Virus record (IMG/VR): IMGVR_UViG_3300032300_000346
Span: 3,595 to 67,594 of that record
Reading direction: 5' to 3' (one strand)
Length of the DNA: 64,000 bases
Origin: a virus
Lineage: Duplodnaviria > Caudoviricetes
Shown here: positions 1-8,604 of the stretch, one piece after another
How positions within the stretch are numbered: position 1 is the stretch's first letter
Layout: each line of letters starts with the position of its first letter
Notes under the pieces: model-generated
Told to the model about the DNA's origin: nothing
Seen by the model: the letters and a program-made list of their open reading frames with translations, nothing else
Databases searched by the model: none
Translations under genes and position numbers: made by a program

Positions 1-546
1 GGTAATCTTGTCCTTGACCACCCGCAGTTGCTCTAGATCTTTGCTCAGCAGAGCTCTTTCGATGTCTCGCATGACACCATCTTTTTTGGCTTCCACAGCA
101 CTGTCATCTACTTCTGGTTTGATTTTCTTGGGTTCAACCAGCCATTGACTTTGAACTATGCTATACACGCCTGTGCTGTGGTGTGGCTCATCTTCGCCCT
201 GTACATAACATTCTACAGGTAAGCCTTTAATAGTAATTGTGTGCTGTTCTGCCCACAGTGCCTTTTTGGCCGAAAACAGTTCACGTTCTTCATCACTAGG
301 TGTTCCGGGCACAATTAGATGCAGATCTAGATCTGAGTAGGCAGTCCAAGTATAGTTGGCATTTGAGCCAGTTATGGTATAATCAATAATCTTTAGATCA
401 ACACCGATAAATTCTTCAAAGGCTCGGGCTATCTGTTTCAGTTTGTTCGCAACTTCAGGCGCTAATTCTCCATCACGCCATATCTTGGGATTCAATCGAC
501 GATTTACTGTGACCACCGGCGATGCTGTAAACTCTCTTAACTTCAC
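1..546 (-). CDS. Pol-beta superfamily nucleotidyltransferase (runs off window start; missing from ORF track)
   Basis: Manual translation from GTG at 546 is open to position 1: MKLREFTASPVVTVNRRLNPKIWRDG...ITGSNANYTWTAYSDLDLHL...VECYVQ. It has the GS..DxD NTase signature plus a downstream acidic strand. Confidence 0.8.
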   Translation of the reverse strand, partial: MKLREFTASPVVTVNRRLNPKIWRDGELAPEVANKLKQIARAFEEFIGVDLKIIDYTITGSNANYTWTAYSDLDLHLIVPGTPSDEERELFSAKKALWAEQHTITIKGLPVECYVQGEDEPHHSTGVYSIVQSQWLVEPKKIKPEVDDSAVEAKKDGVMRDIERALLSKDLEQLRVVKDKIT

Positions 547-547
547 T

Positions 548-889
548 TTAAACTCCGTACCTGTTGCGTTTTACTTGAGCTACAGGACTGACTGTGGCTG
601 TATTGTCAGTTTCGTGACTGCCACGATCTGCTACCATTTGTCCTCGATGTCCAGTGACTCGTTCTCCGGCACGTATGATTTCTTCTTCTTCTGGAGTATA
701 AGCACTGATAACAGCATGTTGAGCAGTGACACTGGTTGGCGCAATTTTGTGATTGGCCATAGCAAGTCCAAATCTATAGGCCTGATAACCATCACTACTG
801 GGCATGGTGGGAAATTCGAAAGTGGTTGTCATGGGCCCACTTTTTCTTTTTGAAAAACTACGTTCTACAATAAATTCTTTTGCTCGCAT
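548..889 (-). CDS. hypothetical protein (113 aa)
   Basis: ORF preceded by CTAAATA late-type motif (894-900); tightly packed with neighbours. Confidence 0.6.
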   Translation of the reverse strand: MRAKEFIVERSFSKRKSGPMTTTFEFPTMPSSDGYQAYRFGLAMANHKIAPTSVTAQHAVISAYTPEEEEIIRAGERVTGHRGQMVADRGSHETDNTATVSPVAQVKRNRYGV

Positions 890-892
890 TCA

Positions 893-1129
893 TTATTTAG
901 CCCACATCAAATGATACATGGCCAATGTCTGCTCGTCGTAGAATTCTGCCACTAATCTGCAGTAAAGATCATTTTGTTCCAAGATCAGCTGGCATACATT
1001 ATGCGGCTGTTCTAGCAGCCATTTGGTATGATCCAAGCCCAGTGTTTTGTGTACCTTGGGCCAATCTATTTCTATTGTTTCGTTCTCTTCGGGAACCCAG
1101 CTTAACAGTGAAACTTTTTTATTCTTCAT
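893..1129 (-). CDS. hypothetical protein (78 aa)
   Basis: ORF overlapping the helicase stop and filling the gap in a co-directional run. Confidence 0.55.
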   Translation of the reverse strand: MKNKKVSLLSWVPEENETIEIDWPKVHKTLGLDHTKWLLEQPHNVCQLILEQNDLYCRLVAEFYDEQTLAMYHLMWAK

Positions 1130-2549
1130 CGTTCATCGAGTTCAAAATCTCACGTAGCTTGGTGCTTTGTACACTGCCTCGAACTCGACCTAGACTAGAA
1201 CCCTGTGTGGGATCTGCTATCTCACCGATTTCTGGATCTGCTTTTACAGTTGATCTATTTTTAATGCTTTCAATCAGTGAACTAGACCCGCGACTGGTAG
1301 CACCGTTAGATTCTTGTTCATCTTCGGGTAGGTCACTGATTTTAAGAGTTTCGATATTGAACTCTAGATCAATTTTCATACCCACACCACTGCTTGAACG
1401 TGTCTTCATTAACTGCAATTGATACCTACCACGTTCACGCATTGCACGACTTGTAAAGATACCAATCACATTATCTGCCGTTTGAATCTTAGATAGTCCG
1501 CCTGAAATATGACTGTGATCGAATTCAACTTCTTCAACTGCACCACGATTCAACTGTGCCGCAGTCACAAACACACATTGCTTTTCCATTGCTAGATTAC
1601 GCAATTCTTCTGACACATACTTGTCTTTGACAAACAAGTTTTCTGCGGAGATCTTCTTGCCAATTGGCATTAACAAGTCCATATAGTCTACTAGTAGAAC
1701 ATCTACTTTCTTACCGCATTTAATTTCATATTCTTTTAGATATGCACGAATGTCGTTGACTGTTTTACCTGACGGCATATATTTGACCTGTAGCATACCC
1801 GACTTCTTGCCAATCATCTTGACCTTCATTTCGATATCATCTAGATTCTTAAAGATTTCTCTAGTGCTAACTCCGGTAACCATACTGTCAATACGCATAC
1901 TTACCAATGCTTCACTAAGTTCCAGTGTTAGGTATACCACATTAAGGCCAGCCAGTGCAAAGTTAACGCCTAGATTTGCCAAGAACAAACTCTTGCCTGC
2001 ACCCGAGCCACCTGCAAATATGTTGAGCTCTCCACGATTGAATCCGCCAAATAGCTTGCGATCCATACAAGGCCACCCTGTACTGACTTGTCCGTTCTTG
2101 TCTTTTAGTCCCATTAGACGTGCTCTAGGATCTGCAAAGTAATCTGTGCCCATATCGCGAGCAAGACCAATCTGAACTGCTTCTTTGATCAGAGCTTCTA
2201 CTTCACCGTAGTTTTTATTTTCCAATAATTCAGCACTGCTGATAATAGCACGTTCTAGTGCTTTATGACGAGTAAAGTTTTCAAACTCGTCGAGCAGCCA
2301 GTCCATGTGGCCTTCTTTCATATCTTCCGGCTTTTTGAGATCTGTTCTGCAACTGGCATTGACCATGTCAAAGTCAGGCAATACATTGTAGCCCTTGGCA
2401 TATTCATTCATGAACTCTGCCGCATCCTGTAGCTTTCGATCAAACAGCGTGTGATCGAAAATACCTTGACAACGAACAAATACTTCTGCATCTGCCAACA
2501 TCAATTCAAGATATAATTTTTGTACTTCGTAACCGTAATCTTTTATCAT
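1119..2549 (-). CDS. gp41: replicative DnaB-like helicase (T4 gp41-like)
   Basis: Walker A AGGSGAGKS, VDYMDL Walker B, AAQLNR, IQTADNV motifs. Start moved to ATG 2549 because the upstream GTG lies in a TATAAT promoter. Confidence 0.93.
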   Translation of the reverse strand: MIKDYGYEVQKLYLELMLADAEVFVRCQGIFDHTLFDRKLQDAAEFMNEYAKGYNVLPDFDMVNASCRTDLKKPEDMKEGHMDWLLDEFENFTRHKALERAIISSAELLENKNYGEVEALIKEAVQIGLARDMGTDYFADPRARLMGLKDKNGQVSTGWPCMDRKLFGGFNRGELNIFAGGSGAGKSLFLANLGVNFALAGLNVVYLTLELSEALVSMRIDSMVTGVSTREIFKNLDDIEMKVKMIGKKSGMLQVKYMPSGKTVNDIRAYLKEYEIKCGKKVDVLLVDYMDLLMPIGKKISAENLFVKDKYVSEELRNLAMEKQCVFVTAAQLNRGAVEEVEFDHSHISGGLSKIQTADNVIGIFTSRAMRERGRYQLQLMKTRSSSGVGMKIDLEFNIETLKISDLPEDEQESNGATSRGSSSLIESIKNRSTVKADPEIGEIADPTQGSSLGRVRGSVQSTKLREILNSMNDEE

Positions 2550-2554
2550 AATAC

Positions 2555-2585
2555 TATTATACACGAATCTCTATATGTTTCACAA
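2555..2585 (-). promoter_or_regulatory. putative sigma70-type promoter for helicase
   Basis: TTGTGA-N18-TATAAT on minus strand, inside the end of the upstream gene. Confidence 0.5.
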
Positions 2586-3504
2586 CCCCAAGATCTATAT
2601 CACGTACTTGTTGCTTAGTGTGATATAAAACAGCACCAATACTACTGCTAGGGTCTCCCGGATTAGGCAACGACCAAATATATTTAAATTTAGGTTCGAC
2701 TACACTCTTGTTGGCCTTACTATTCATGGCACATCCGCCCATATATACTAGACAATCGGAGCCAGTTAGTTCTTTTGCCTTATTCATGATCAGTTCAATT
2801 TGTTCTTCAAACACCAATTGAACAGCAGCAGCAAGATTACATTCGTCTTCTATGCTATCTATGTAGAATTCTTGATCGGTAACACCTTTGTGAAAATTAT
2901 AATTCAATTTCAAAAGTCCTGTAAAATATTTTTTTACTCTGTAATAAAAAATTTTAGGATTACCTTTTTCAGACATTTGTTGTAACTGGTATTCGTCTCG
3001 AATTGGAGTCATTCCAAGGGCGTGAGTGAATGCACTATAAAATAGTCCCAAGCTGTGCGGATAACTACGGCTCCATACTTTTGTCATCTCGCCGTGATGA
3101 CAATTCCATATAGTTGCACACTCGAACTCACCAATAGCGTCAAGCACAACAACCACACAACGATCGAACGGACTAGTGTAGTATCCGGCCGCAGCATGAC
3201 TGCCGTGATGAGGAGTATAAGTAATAGGTGCATAGTGTACTTTTATTTTGTTTAGATATTGTTTAGGCAGAACACTTAGATCAAATGCTCTACGATATTG
3301 CCCCGAACGTAGTTGTCTTGCTTTTTTAAGCCAAGGACGCTCGTACCAAAATATACGATCAGGACCTCCATGATACAGTGCTTCAAAGATTGCAGATTGA
3401 TCTAATTCGTCATTAGAAGAACTTTGATTCGATATTAGTTTACCTTCTTTAATCACTGCAAGACTGCTGCCGTGATTAAGAGCGTTAATCCCCCACTCAA
3501 TCAT
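2557..3504 (-). CDS. NodU/CmcH-family carbamoyltransferase, N-terminal Kae1-like domain only
   Basis: NHGSSLAV, HHGSHAAAG, VLDAIGE, SLGLFY, GGCAMNSKAN, PGDPSSSIGA motifs; ends at 315 aa without the C-terminal GPRALGxRS (YrdC-like) domain. Confidence 0.85.
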   Translation of the reverse strand: MIEWGINALNHGSSLAVIKEGKLISNQSSSNDELDQSAIFEALYHGGPDRIFWYERPWLKKARQLRSGQYRRAFDLSVLPKQYLNKIKVHYAPITYTPHHGSHAAAGYYTSPFDRCVVVVLDAIGEFECATIWNCHHGEMTKVWSRSYPHSLGLFYSAFTHALGMTPIRDEYQLQQMSEKGNPKIFYYRVKKYFTGLLKLNYNFHKGVTDQEFYIDSIEDECNLAAAVQLVFEEQIELIMNKAKELTGSDCLVYMGGCAMNSKANKSVVEPKFKYIWSLPNPGDPSSSIGAVLYHTKQQVRDIDLGVVKHIEIRV

Positions 3505-3617
3505 TTGTAGATAAAAGGATCACGTTTTCGTAGTTCTTCCAAACGTTTTTTCATCCTTTGTTTTTCTTTATATTGATAATAGGGATAGCTTATCCAATAC
3601 CATATTTTTTTAAACAT
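3501..3617 (-). CDS. small basic protein (38 aa; missing from ORF track)
   Basis: MFKKIWYWISYPYYQYKEKQRMKKRLEELRKRDPFIYK; start overlaps primase stop and stop overlaps next ATG (ATGA), i.e. coupled on both sides. Confidence 0.7.
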   Translation of the reverse strand: MFKKIWYWISYPYYQYKEKQRMKKRLEELRKRDPFIYK

Positions 3618-4626
3618 TTTCATTCCTTATTTTTATCTTTTGTTCTTGCATTTTCTTTGCCATTTCTAATCTAATAGCACCGTGTTGTGCGGTCTTGATA
3701 GCATCGACTATGACAAATAATTTACCATATTTTTTTACAGCATCTGCACAATCTTTAATATCTTTATCCCAGTTAGGGAACGCCACTGACCAATCGTAGT
3801 CTATGGCCTGTTTGATCAATAGTACTCCGGCTTGATCTTGATCAGGGATCACAATAACTTCTTTGCCTAATTGATTAATGATGTGTGCCTGTTGTTGTGA
3901 TATTTCATTGGTTAATAATGCAACTCCGTCGATTGCCAACGCATCAAACGGCCCTTCACACACGAACACATATTTGCTCAAAGGATCCTGTGCATCAACA
4001 TTGAACACAAAAAAGGGATGTTGATCTGATAGATACTTAGGCTTACCGTCTCCTACTTTACGAGCAGTATTACCAACTACAACTCCGTCATACTTAAAAG
4101 GAATAATTACACGATCAATAAATCCAGGAGCAGGGCTCCAGCAGAAATTGTCATCCAGAGGATCGTATCCTCTGCCTATTAGATAATCAATAACCTTGCC
4201 AATGTCTTCGGCAATATCTGGCAAGTATGCACTATTGACCCACTCTGCAATGGTCATTGTTGCTTCGGGCAGATCTTTCTTGGTAAATTTAACCTTTTCA
4301 ACAAAGTGTTCAGGTTCGTAGTCTAGGCTTTCAGTTTTGAGTGCTTCAAAGACCAAATGTTTGATCTCATCATCATTAGCGCCTAGCCATCGACATAGTG
4401 TTTTAAACTTTTCAGTTAGTGTTCTTCCTGGTTGCCAATTAGCTGTATATTTGCAGTTAAAACAGTTGTAGACAACTCCTTCACTGAACATTATGCCAGC
4501 ACGTTTTCGAGTATCTCTTGCGTGACCTCTGTGTTGACAACAGGGAGCATTGAAACTGATCCATCCACTGGGGCTGGATTTAATTTTGGGCAATAATAAG
4601 CGGAAACGGTCTAAGACAAGTGTCAT
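3610..4626 (-). CDS. DNA primase (Zn-finger + Toprim; gp61-like)
   Basis: N-terminal CC.H...YNCFNC zinc motif, RVIIPF, PKY, VCEGPFDA and IPDQDQAG Toprim motifs. Confidence 0.88.
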   Translation of the reverse strand: MTLVLDRFRLLLPKIKSSPSGWISFNAPCCQHRGHARDTRKRAGIMFSEGVVYNCFNCKYTANWQPGRTLTEKFKTLCRWLGANDDEIKHLVFEALKTESLDYEPEHFVEKVKFTKKDLPEATMTIAEWVNSAYLPDIAEDIGKVIDYLIGRGYDPLDDNFCWSPAPGFIDRVIIPFKYDGVVVGNTARKVGDGKPKYLSDQHPFFVFNVDAQDPLSKYVFVCEGPFDALAIDGVALLTNEISQQQAHIINQLGKEVIVIPDQDQAGVLLIKQAIDYDWSVAFPNWDKDIKDCADAVKKYGKLFVIVDAIKTAQHGAIRLEMAKKMQEQKIKIRNENV

Positions 4627-4632
4627 AGACTT

Positions 4633-4661
4633 AGTATACTATCTATACAGCACTTTGTCAA
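4633..4661 (-). promoter_or_regulatory. sigma70-type promoter for primase operon
   Basis: TTGACA-N17-TATACT. Confidence 0.8.
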
Positions 4662-5442
4662 CGGTTCCGGAGGTCGGAGTGTGTTTTATTCTAAACCAAT
4701 TGTATTTGCCGACCAAATTGTGATAATCATTAACAGCATTTTCAAAATTCAATGTAGCAACATCAGCCCAAACTTCTGGACTTCCACCGTCACTAAGACT
4801 GCCTTGAATAATTACCGATCCACTGTAGTTTGTAAAGTAAAATTGAAATGTATGCAAGGAGTTTGGAGCAGTGACTTCTGGTTTAGCATCGATAATACTG
4901 CTGATATAATAATCGATAAAATTTTCTCCAAAACTCTTGTGTAGACTAAAAACTTTGATTGAGTTACTGTCAGTAGCAGAACCGTAGATAGAATGTGCTA
5001 CTTCTATGGTACCCAGTGTGCCGTACTGACTGTCAGAATACAACGGAGTTTTTTCAGATACTAGGTATTCGTTTGCATTTATAGTAGTTCTAGTTTCTCT
5101 ATGCAAACTGTATTGATAACTACCTGTTTCAATATCTAGTAGATCAGCAGCGGTAAGGGTAACGTTAATTTTGCCTGTAACTAGATCAGTGACTGTGCAG
5201 TCTTTTTCTAAAATCAATTCTTGAGTGTCTCTGCCCACTAGGGTAAAAACCACTGTAGATCCGGTTATATTCAAGGATTTTTGATCGGCATTTTTGACCT
5301 GCACTTTGATCCGGTTATCCATTCCGCCGTAGACTTTTATGTTTCGTTGATACACTTTTCGATACCTCTCTGTTGTCCAGGCGCCGACATTTGTAAACAC
5401 ATCGATGTTATTTGGGTATAAATAAACTGAAATTTGTTGCAT
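4639..5442 (-). CDS. putative virion/baseplate protein with BppU-like N-terminal domain
   Basis: IKVQVKNADQKSLNITGSTVVF...GKINVTL pattern resembles BppU_N; late-type promoter at 5464-5471. Confidence 0.45.
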   Translation of the reverse strand: MQQISVYLYPNNIDVFTNVGAWTTERYRKVYQRNIKVYGGMDNRIKVQVKNADQKSLNITGSTVVFTLVGRDTQELILEKDCTVTDLVTGKINVTLTAADLLDIETGSYQYSLHRETRTTINANEYLVSEKTPLYSDSQYGTLGTIEVAHSIYGSATDSNSIKVFSLHKSFGENFIDYYISSIIDAKPEVTAPNSLHTFQFYFTNYSGSVIIQGSLSDGGSPEVWADVATLNFENAVNDYHNLVGKYNWFRIKHTPTSGTVDKVLYR

Positions 5443-5472
5443 ACATTAACGGACCTTTAGCAATATTTATCT

Positions 5473-5844
5473 ATGAGAATAACAGAAAACTTACAACAAA
5501 ACTTTCCATTTATATCCGTGCTAAACCACGTAGATCAAGAATATGTTGGTATTATAATTAACCAAGATAATCAGATTACTAGTATGTACGACTATTCGTT
5601 GATAAAATCAGACCTAGAAAAAAGCAGGTTTATAGAACTTGGAGAAGCTTGGTGGTGGGAATCCAACCGTCAAATACCTATCAGTATCTTTCTTGCTAGA
5701 GAAATTTTTACTTATAGATATGCTATACGAAATTTTGCAACCAAAGATATTAAAGTTATACTAGGACCAATCACCAGTCTCAATGATATCATAATCAAAC
5801 GTGTAAAAAGAAAATCTATTACACTAGTAAGAAGAGTGCCCTAA
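5473..5844 (+). CDS. hypothetical protein (123 aa)
   Basis: Fills gap between divergent/convergent neighbours; 4-nt convergent stop overlap at 5841-5844. Confidence 0.65.
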   Translation: MRITENLQQNFPFISVLNHVDQEYVGIIINQDNQITSMYDYSLIKSDLEKSRFIELGEAWWWESNRQIPISIFLAREIFTYRYAIRNFATKDIKVILGPITSLNDIIIKRVKRKSITLVRRVP

Positions 5845-6419
5845 GAGTACCCGTAACTAATTTGTTCGCAGATTAAATTTATTTGAACAACAATAGCAAC
5901 AGCATAGGCTGTAGCATGGCTTTTCTTAAAGTAATAATCGTCAGTCTCTGGTTTCATCCACACTTCCGTCATCACAGTTGTCCAATCTTTTCCTATCAGA
6001 TGCCGCTTGGCCGGCCGTATCATTCCCAACACTGCCGCTAGTTGTTCTACGTTTTTCGGCTGCATTTCTTTGAGTATGGAACCATGCCCGTTGACGTGAA
6101 AAAGCAAACTGGTGAAATCGTCTTGTAGTAGTAAATCCCATAACGGCTCCTGATTCATTAGGTGTACTAAGTGATTTTCATCTTTAATACCTTTGTATAA
6201 TCCAACATTGAGAAAATCTATTTTAAAATACTCTCTTTGTTCAGCAGTATCATAAGGAACTGCACATAGTCCTGTTAGGGCGTTAACTGGTACTTCGTGC
6301 ATATAGATGCCAGTGTTATGCTTGACCAATCGATTGTTTTCAATACGACTGGCTCCTACGTGTTTGAATAGTTTTAATGCAGAATCTCTGTCTGTAAAAT
6401 CTATGTCTATGTCAGGCAT
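5841..6419 (-). CDS. miniature C-family (DnaE-like) polymerase core, 192 aa
   Basis: Starts at MPDIDIDF and has HNTG, FKIDFL, LAAVLGMIRP and FKKSHATAY, colinear with Pol III alpha palm/finger motifs. Confidence 0.8.
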   Translation of the reverse strand: MPDIDIDFTDRDSALKLFKHVGASRIENNRLVKHNTGIYMHEVPVNALTGLCAVPYDTAEQREYFKIDFLNVGLYKGIKDENHLVHLMNQEPLWDLLLQDDFTSLLFHVNGHGSILKEMQPKNVEQLAAVLGMIRPAKRHLIGKDWTTVMTEVWMKPETDDYYFKKSHATAYAVAIVVQINLICEQISYGYS

Positions 6420-6658
6420 TATTGCAATCTCGTGCTTTCAAAAAGTAATAATGGTAGTGTCTCTGCTAAAAACTGTGCATATTCTTCAGCGTCTTCAGCG
6501 TCTTCAAATCCGGAGAATTTTACATAAACGTCGCTAGAGTCTTCGGCCACAACCACTTCGATATCGATGTCGTCTCTGGATATATGTTCTTCGTTGTCTT
6601 TAAGTTCTTCTTCAACAACTTCTGGTTCTAGCTCTTCTCGTCGTTTCTTAAAAATCAT
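6419..6658 (-). CDS. acidic hypothetical protein (79 aa)
   Basis: Coupled ORF (overlaps at both ends). Confidence 0.55.
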   Translation of the reverse strand: MIFKKRREELEPEVVEEELKDNEEHISRDDIDIEVVVAEDSSDVYVKFSGFEDAEDAEEYAQFLAETLPLLLFESTRLQ

Positions 6659-7341
6659 AATATTTTTGCCTCCTTAATGACATCTTTTATTAATTCAACA
6701 TCAGCAGGCAGTGCTTTAAATCTTCTCATCCAAAATTGTGGATCAATGTATGGCTCAACAATGGCCAGTTGTTCGTCGTTCATTTTTGTCAACATCTCTT
6801 TGCCTGCTTTCGTATTTAACACAAGCCAAGGACTAATTGTGCCTTCTTTAATATCATGAGTAGCTCGATTGAGATTCACATAGGCAAAGTAGTGTTCCCA
6901 TTGTGCATTGTTCACATTGGCCCAATCCATCATGGTTTTAATTGATCGCTGAATAGCGCCGTCGGCCGGTTCTATTTTTATTAATTCAGAAACATAGGTA
7001 TCATAAAGTTCATCACGGCACCAATGATCTAGTTTGATACCACTCTTGATCACATAGTCTATAAATCTTTCTGGATATATCGGCGATGTATTAACTAAAA
7101 AACTTCCGAATTTAACAAAAGCAGTATAGTATGGACTACTAGCAAAATCATCAAAACTTTTAGTAGATTTGACCGTTTGGGTAATTTCATAGAATCTCTG
7201 ATAGGTTAGGAGTCCTGCCTGAACGTGCTTTTCTGTTTTTGACATATGGCGACGTTTTTGTTCGCAGACATGAACAAATAGTGTTTTTTCTTTGGCGAAA
7301 AGTTTTTCACAGAATTCGCATTTATAATTTAAGTTCTGCAA
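6655..7341 (-). CDS. hypothetical protein with N-terminal zinc-finger-like motif
   Basis: YKCEFCEKLFAKEKTLFVHVCE (Cx2Cx12HxC); start set at TTG 7341 to limit overlap with upstream gene. Confidence 0.65.
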   Translation of the reverse strand: MQNLNYKCEFCEKLFAKEKTLFVHVCEQKRRHMSKTEKHVQAGLLTYQRFYEITQTVKSTKSFDDFASSPYYTAFVKFGSFLVNTSPIYPERFIDYVIKSGIKLDHWCRDELYDTYVSELIKIEPADGAIQRSIKTMMDWANVNNAQWEHYFAYVNLNRATHDIKEGTISPWLVLNTKAGKEMLTKMNDEQLAIVEPYIDPQFWMRRFKALPADVELIKDVIKEAKIL

Positions 7342-7801
7342 TTTGTTTTTTATCCCAACCGAGGTCTTGGCAGTATTCTTTAATTTCTTTGTCTGTGGTA
7401 ATTGCGGCAAGAGTTTCAATATCATTGTGTTTCATATTAGGAAAGAATTGAGAAATTATTTCTTCTTTTTTATTCTTGGATTTTTTTAAGGGTATGTATT
7501 CGTGAAAGTGTGTTTTTCCATCGCCATAACTACACAGACACAACAACATCCAAACCAACTTGGGATGTTGTTGTATAACTGCCCAATTTTTATTGTAGAT
7601 TTCATTTGTGATTTCTACAAAGTGTTCCTGGATTTCTTTGTTGGAACTTTTGACATTGCTAATGTAGCGATTTAAATTCCAAAAATCGCCTTTGATTTCT
7701 TTACGACCTTCGTCTGTGGTAGCATCCCAAAGTTCTTTGACTCCTAGATCTACTGCAGGAATTATATCTTTAAAAAGATCTACGTGTTTATTCTTTGCCA
7801 T
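7322..7801 (-). CDS. putative clamp-loader small subunit (gp62-like)
   Basis: Size and FWNLNRYIS...NEIYNKN...HPKLVWMLL pattern reminiscent of T4 gp62 family; replication context. Confidence 0.5.
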   Translation of the reverse strand: MAKNKHVDLFKDIIPAVDLGVKELWDATTDEGRKEIKGDFWNLNRYISNVKSSNKEIQEHFVEITNEIYNKNWAVIQQHPKLVWMLLCLCSYGDGKTHFHEYIPLKKSKNKKEEIISQFFPNMKHNDIETLAAITTDKEIKEYCQDLGWDKKQIAELKL

Positions 7802-8048
7802 GGTCTTTACTCAAATGATATAGTATTTTAACACGATCTATGGCTTCTTGTAAAGTGGGATTTGTCCGAGATTCATTAATAATATCTTTCCAAACGGTTT
7901 CTAACTCGTAGTCCAATGTTAGATTTTCAGCAAAAGGATCAAGGTATTGCCCAATTACTGTTCTTTCAAGTTTTCCAGATTCTCTAGAATAAACGGTGCT
8001 GCCTACCCTTTCATAGATATACGTAGCGCCTGGTTTAAGTGTTCCCAT
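7788..8048 (-). CDS. hypothetical protein (86 aa)
   Basis: Overlapping co-directional ORF. Confidence 0.6.
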   Translation of the reverse strand: MGTLKPGATYIYERVGSTVYSRESGKLERTVIGQYLDPFAENLTLDYELETVWKDIINESRTNPTLQEAIDRVKILYHLSKDHGKE

Positions 8049-8604
8049 GATCGATTTCCGCCATAATAAAATATTTTTTAATGAGCATTGGTTTTTTCTG
8101 TCCCTTGGGAATTTTGGTATGTTCCAAGTATTTTTCGTCTAAAATTTTATAACCTAAATTTAAAAACTTTTGTTGCCACCATTCTTTAGATTCTAATATT
8201 AAATGAGCATTTCGACCATCGGGTAAAATTAATTTTGCTGGGCCAAGAGCTATTAAATGATAAATGTATCGACTTCTTTTAGAAAGATATTCTAAAGTTT
8301 GATCTATAAATTCAGGCTCAATATGTTCTAAAACATCAGTAGACATTAAAAGATCTACATAGACATCATCTAGAGGAGAATCAAACTTATAATTTCCTGG
8401 ATCATATCCTTGTATTGTTTTGTCTGGGTACTGTTCTTTTAATTTATCAACTAATCTTCCTTTACCGCATCCAAAATCTAGAATGCTGTTAGGATTAATT
8501 TTAGCAATAAAGTCTTCGGCAAATTTTGGAATTTTAGATCTTTTGCCAAACGGAGTGTCGGTATGTATATCTGTTAGAATTTTTTTATATTTGTCGCTAA
8601 TCAT
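8035..8604 (-). CDS. class I SAM-dependent methyltransferase
   Basis: ILDFGCGKG motif I, GYDPG, DVLEHIEP. Confidence 0.88.
   Translation of the reverse strand: MISDKYKKILTDIHTDTPFGKRSKIPKFAEDFIAKINPNSILDFGCGKGRLVDKLKEQYPDKTIQGYDPGNYKFDSPLDDVYVDLLMSTDVLEHIEPEFIDQTLEYLSKRSRYIYHLIALGPAKLILPDGRNAHLILESKEWWQQKFLNLGYKILDEKYLEHTKIPKGQKKPMLIKKYFIMAEIDHGNT

Noticed and set aside
925-1422. Long opposite-strand ORFs in the supplied track (e.g. 443-853, 925-1422, 1750-2142, 16277-16732, 22371-22832, 27288-27653, 41020-41412, 42223-42642)
   Set aside because: They lie antisense to well-supported genes, lack SD/promoter context and recognisable motifs; treated as shadow frames.
6485-6510. Short tandem repeat CTTCAGCGT
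   Set aside because: Simply encodes EDAEDAEE in an acidic protein; two copies only.
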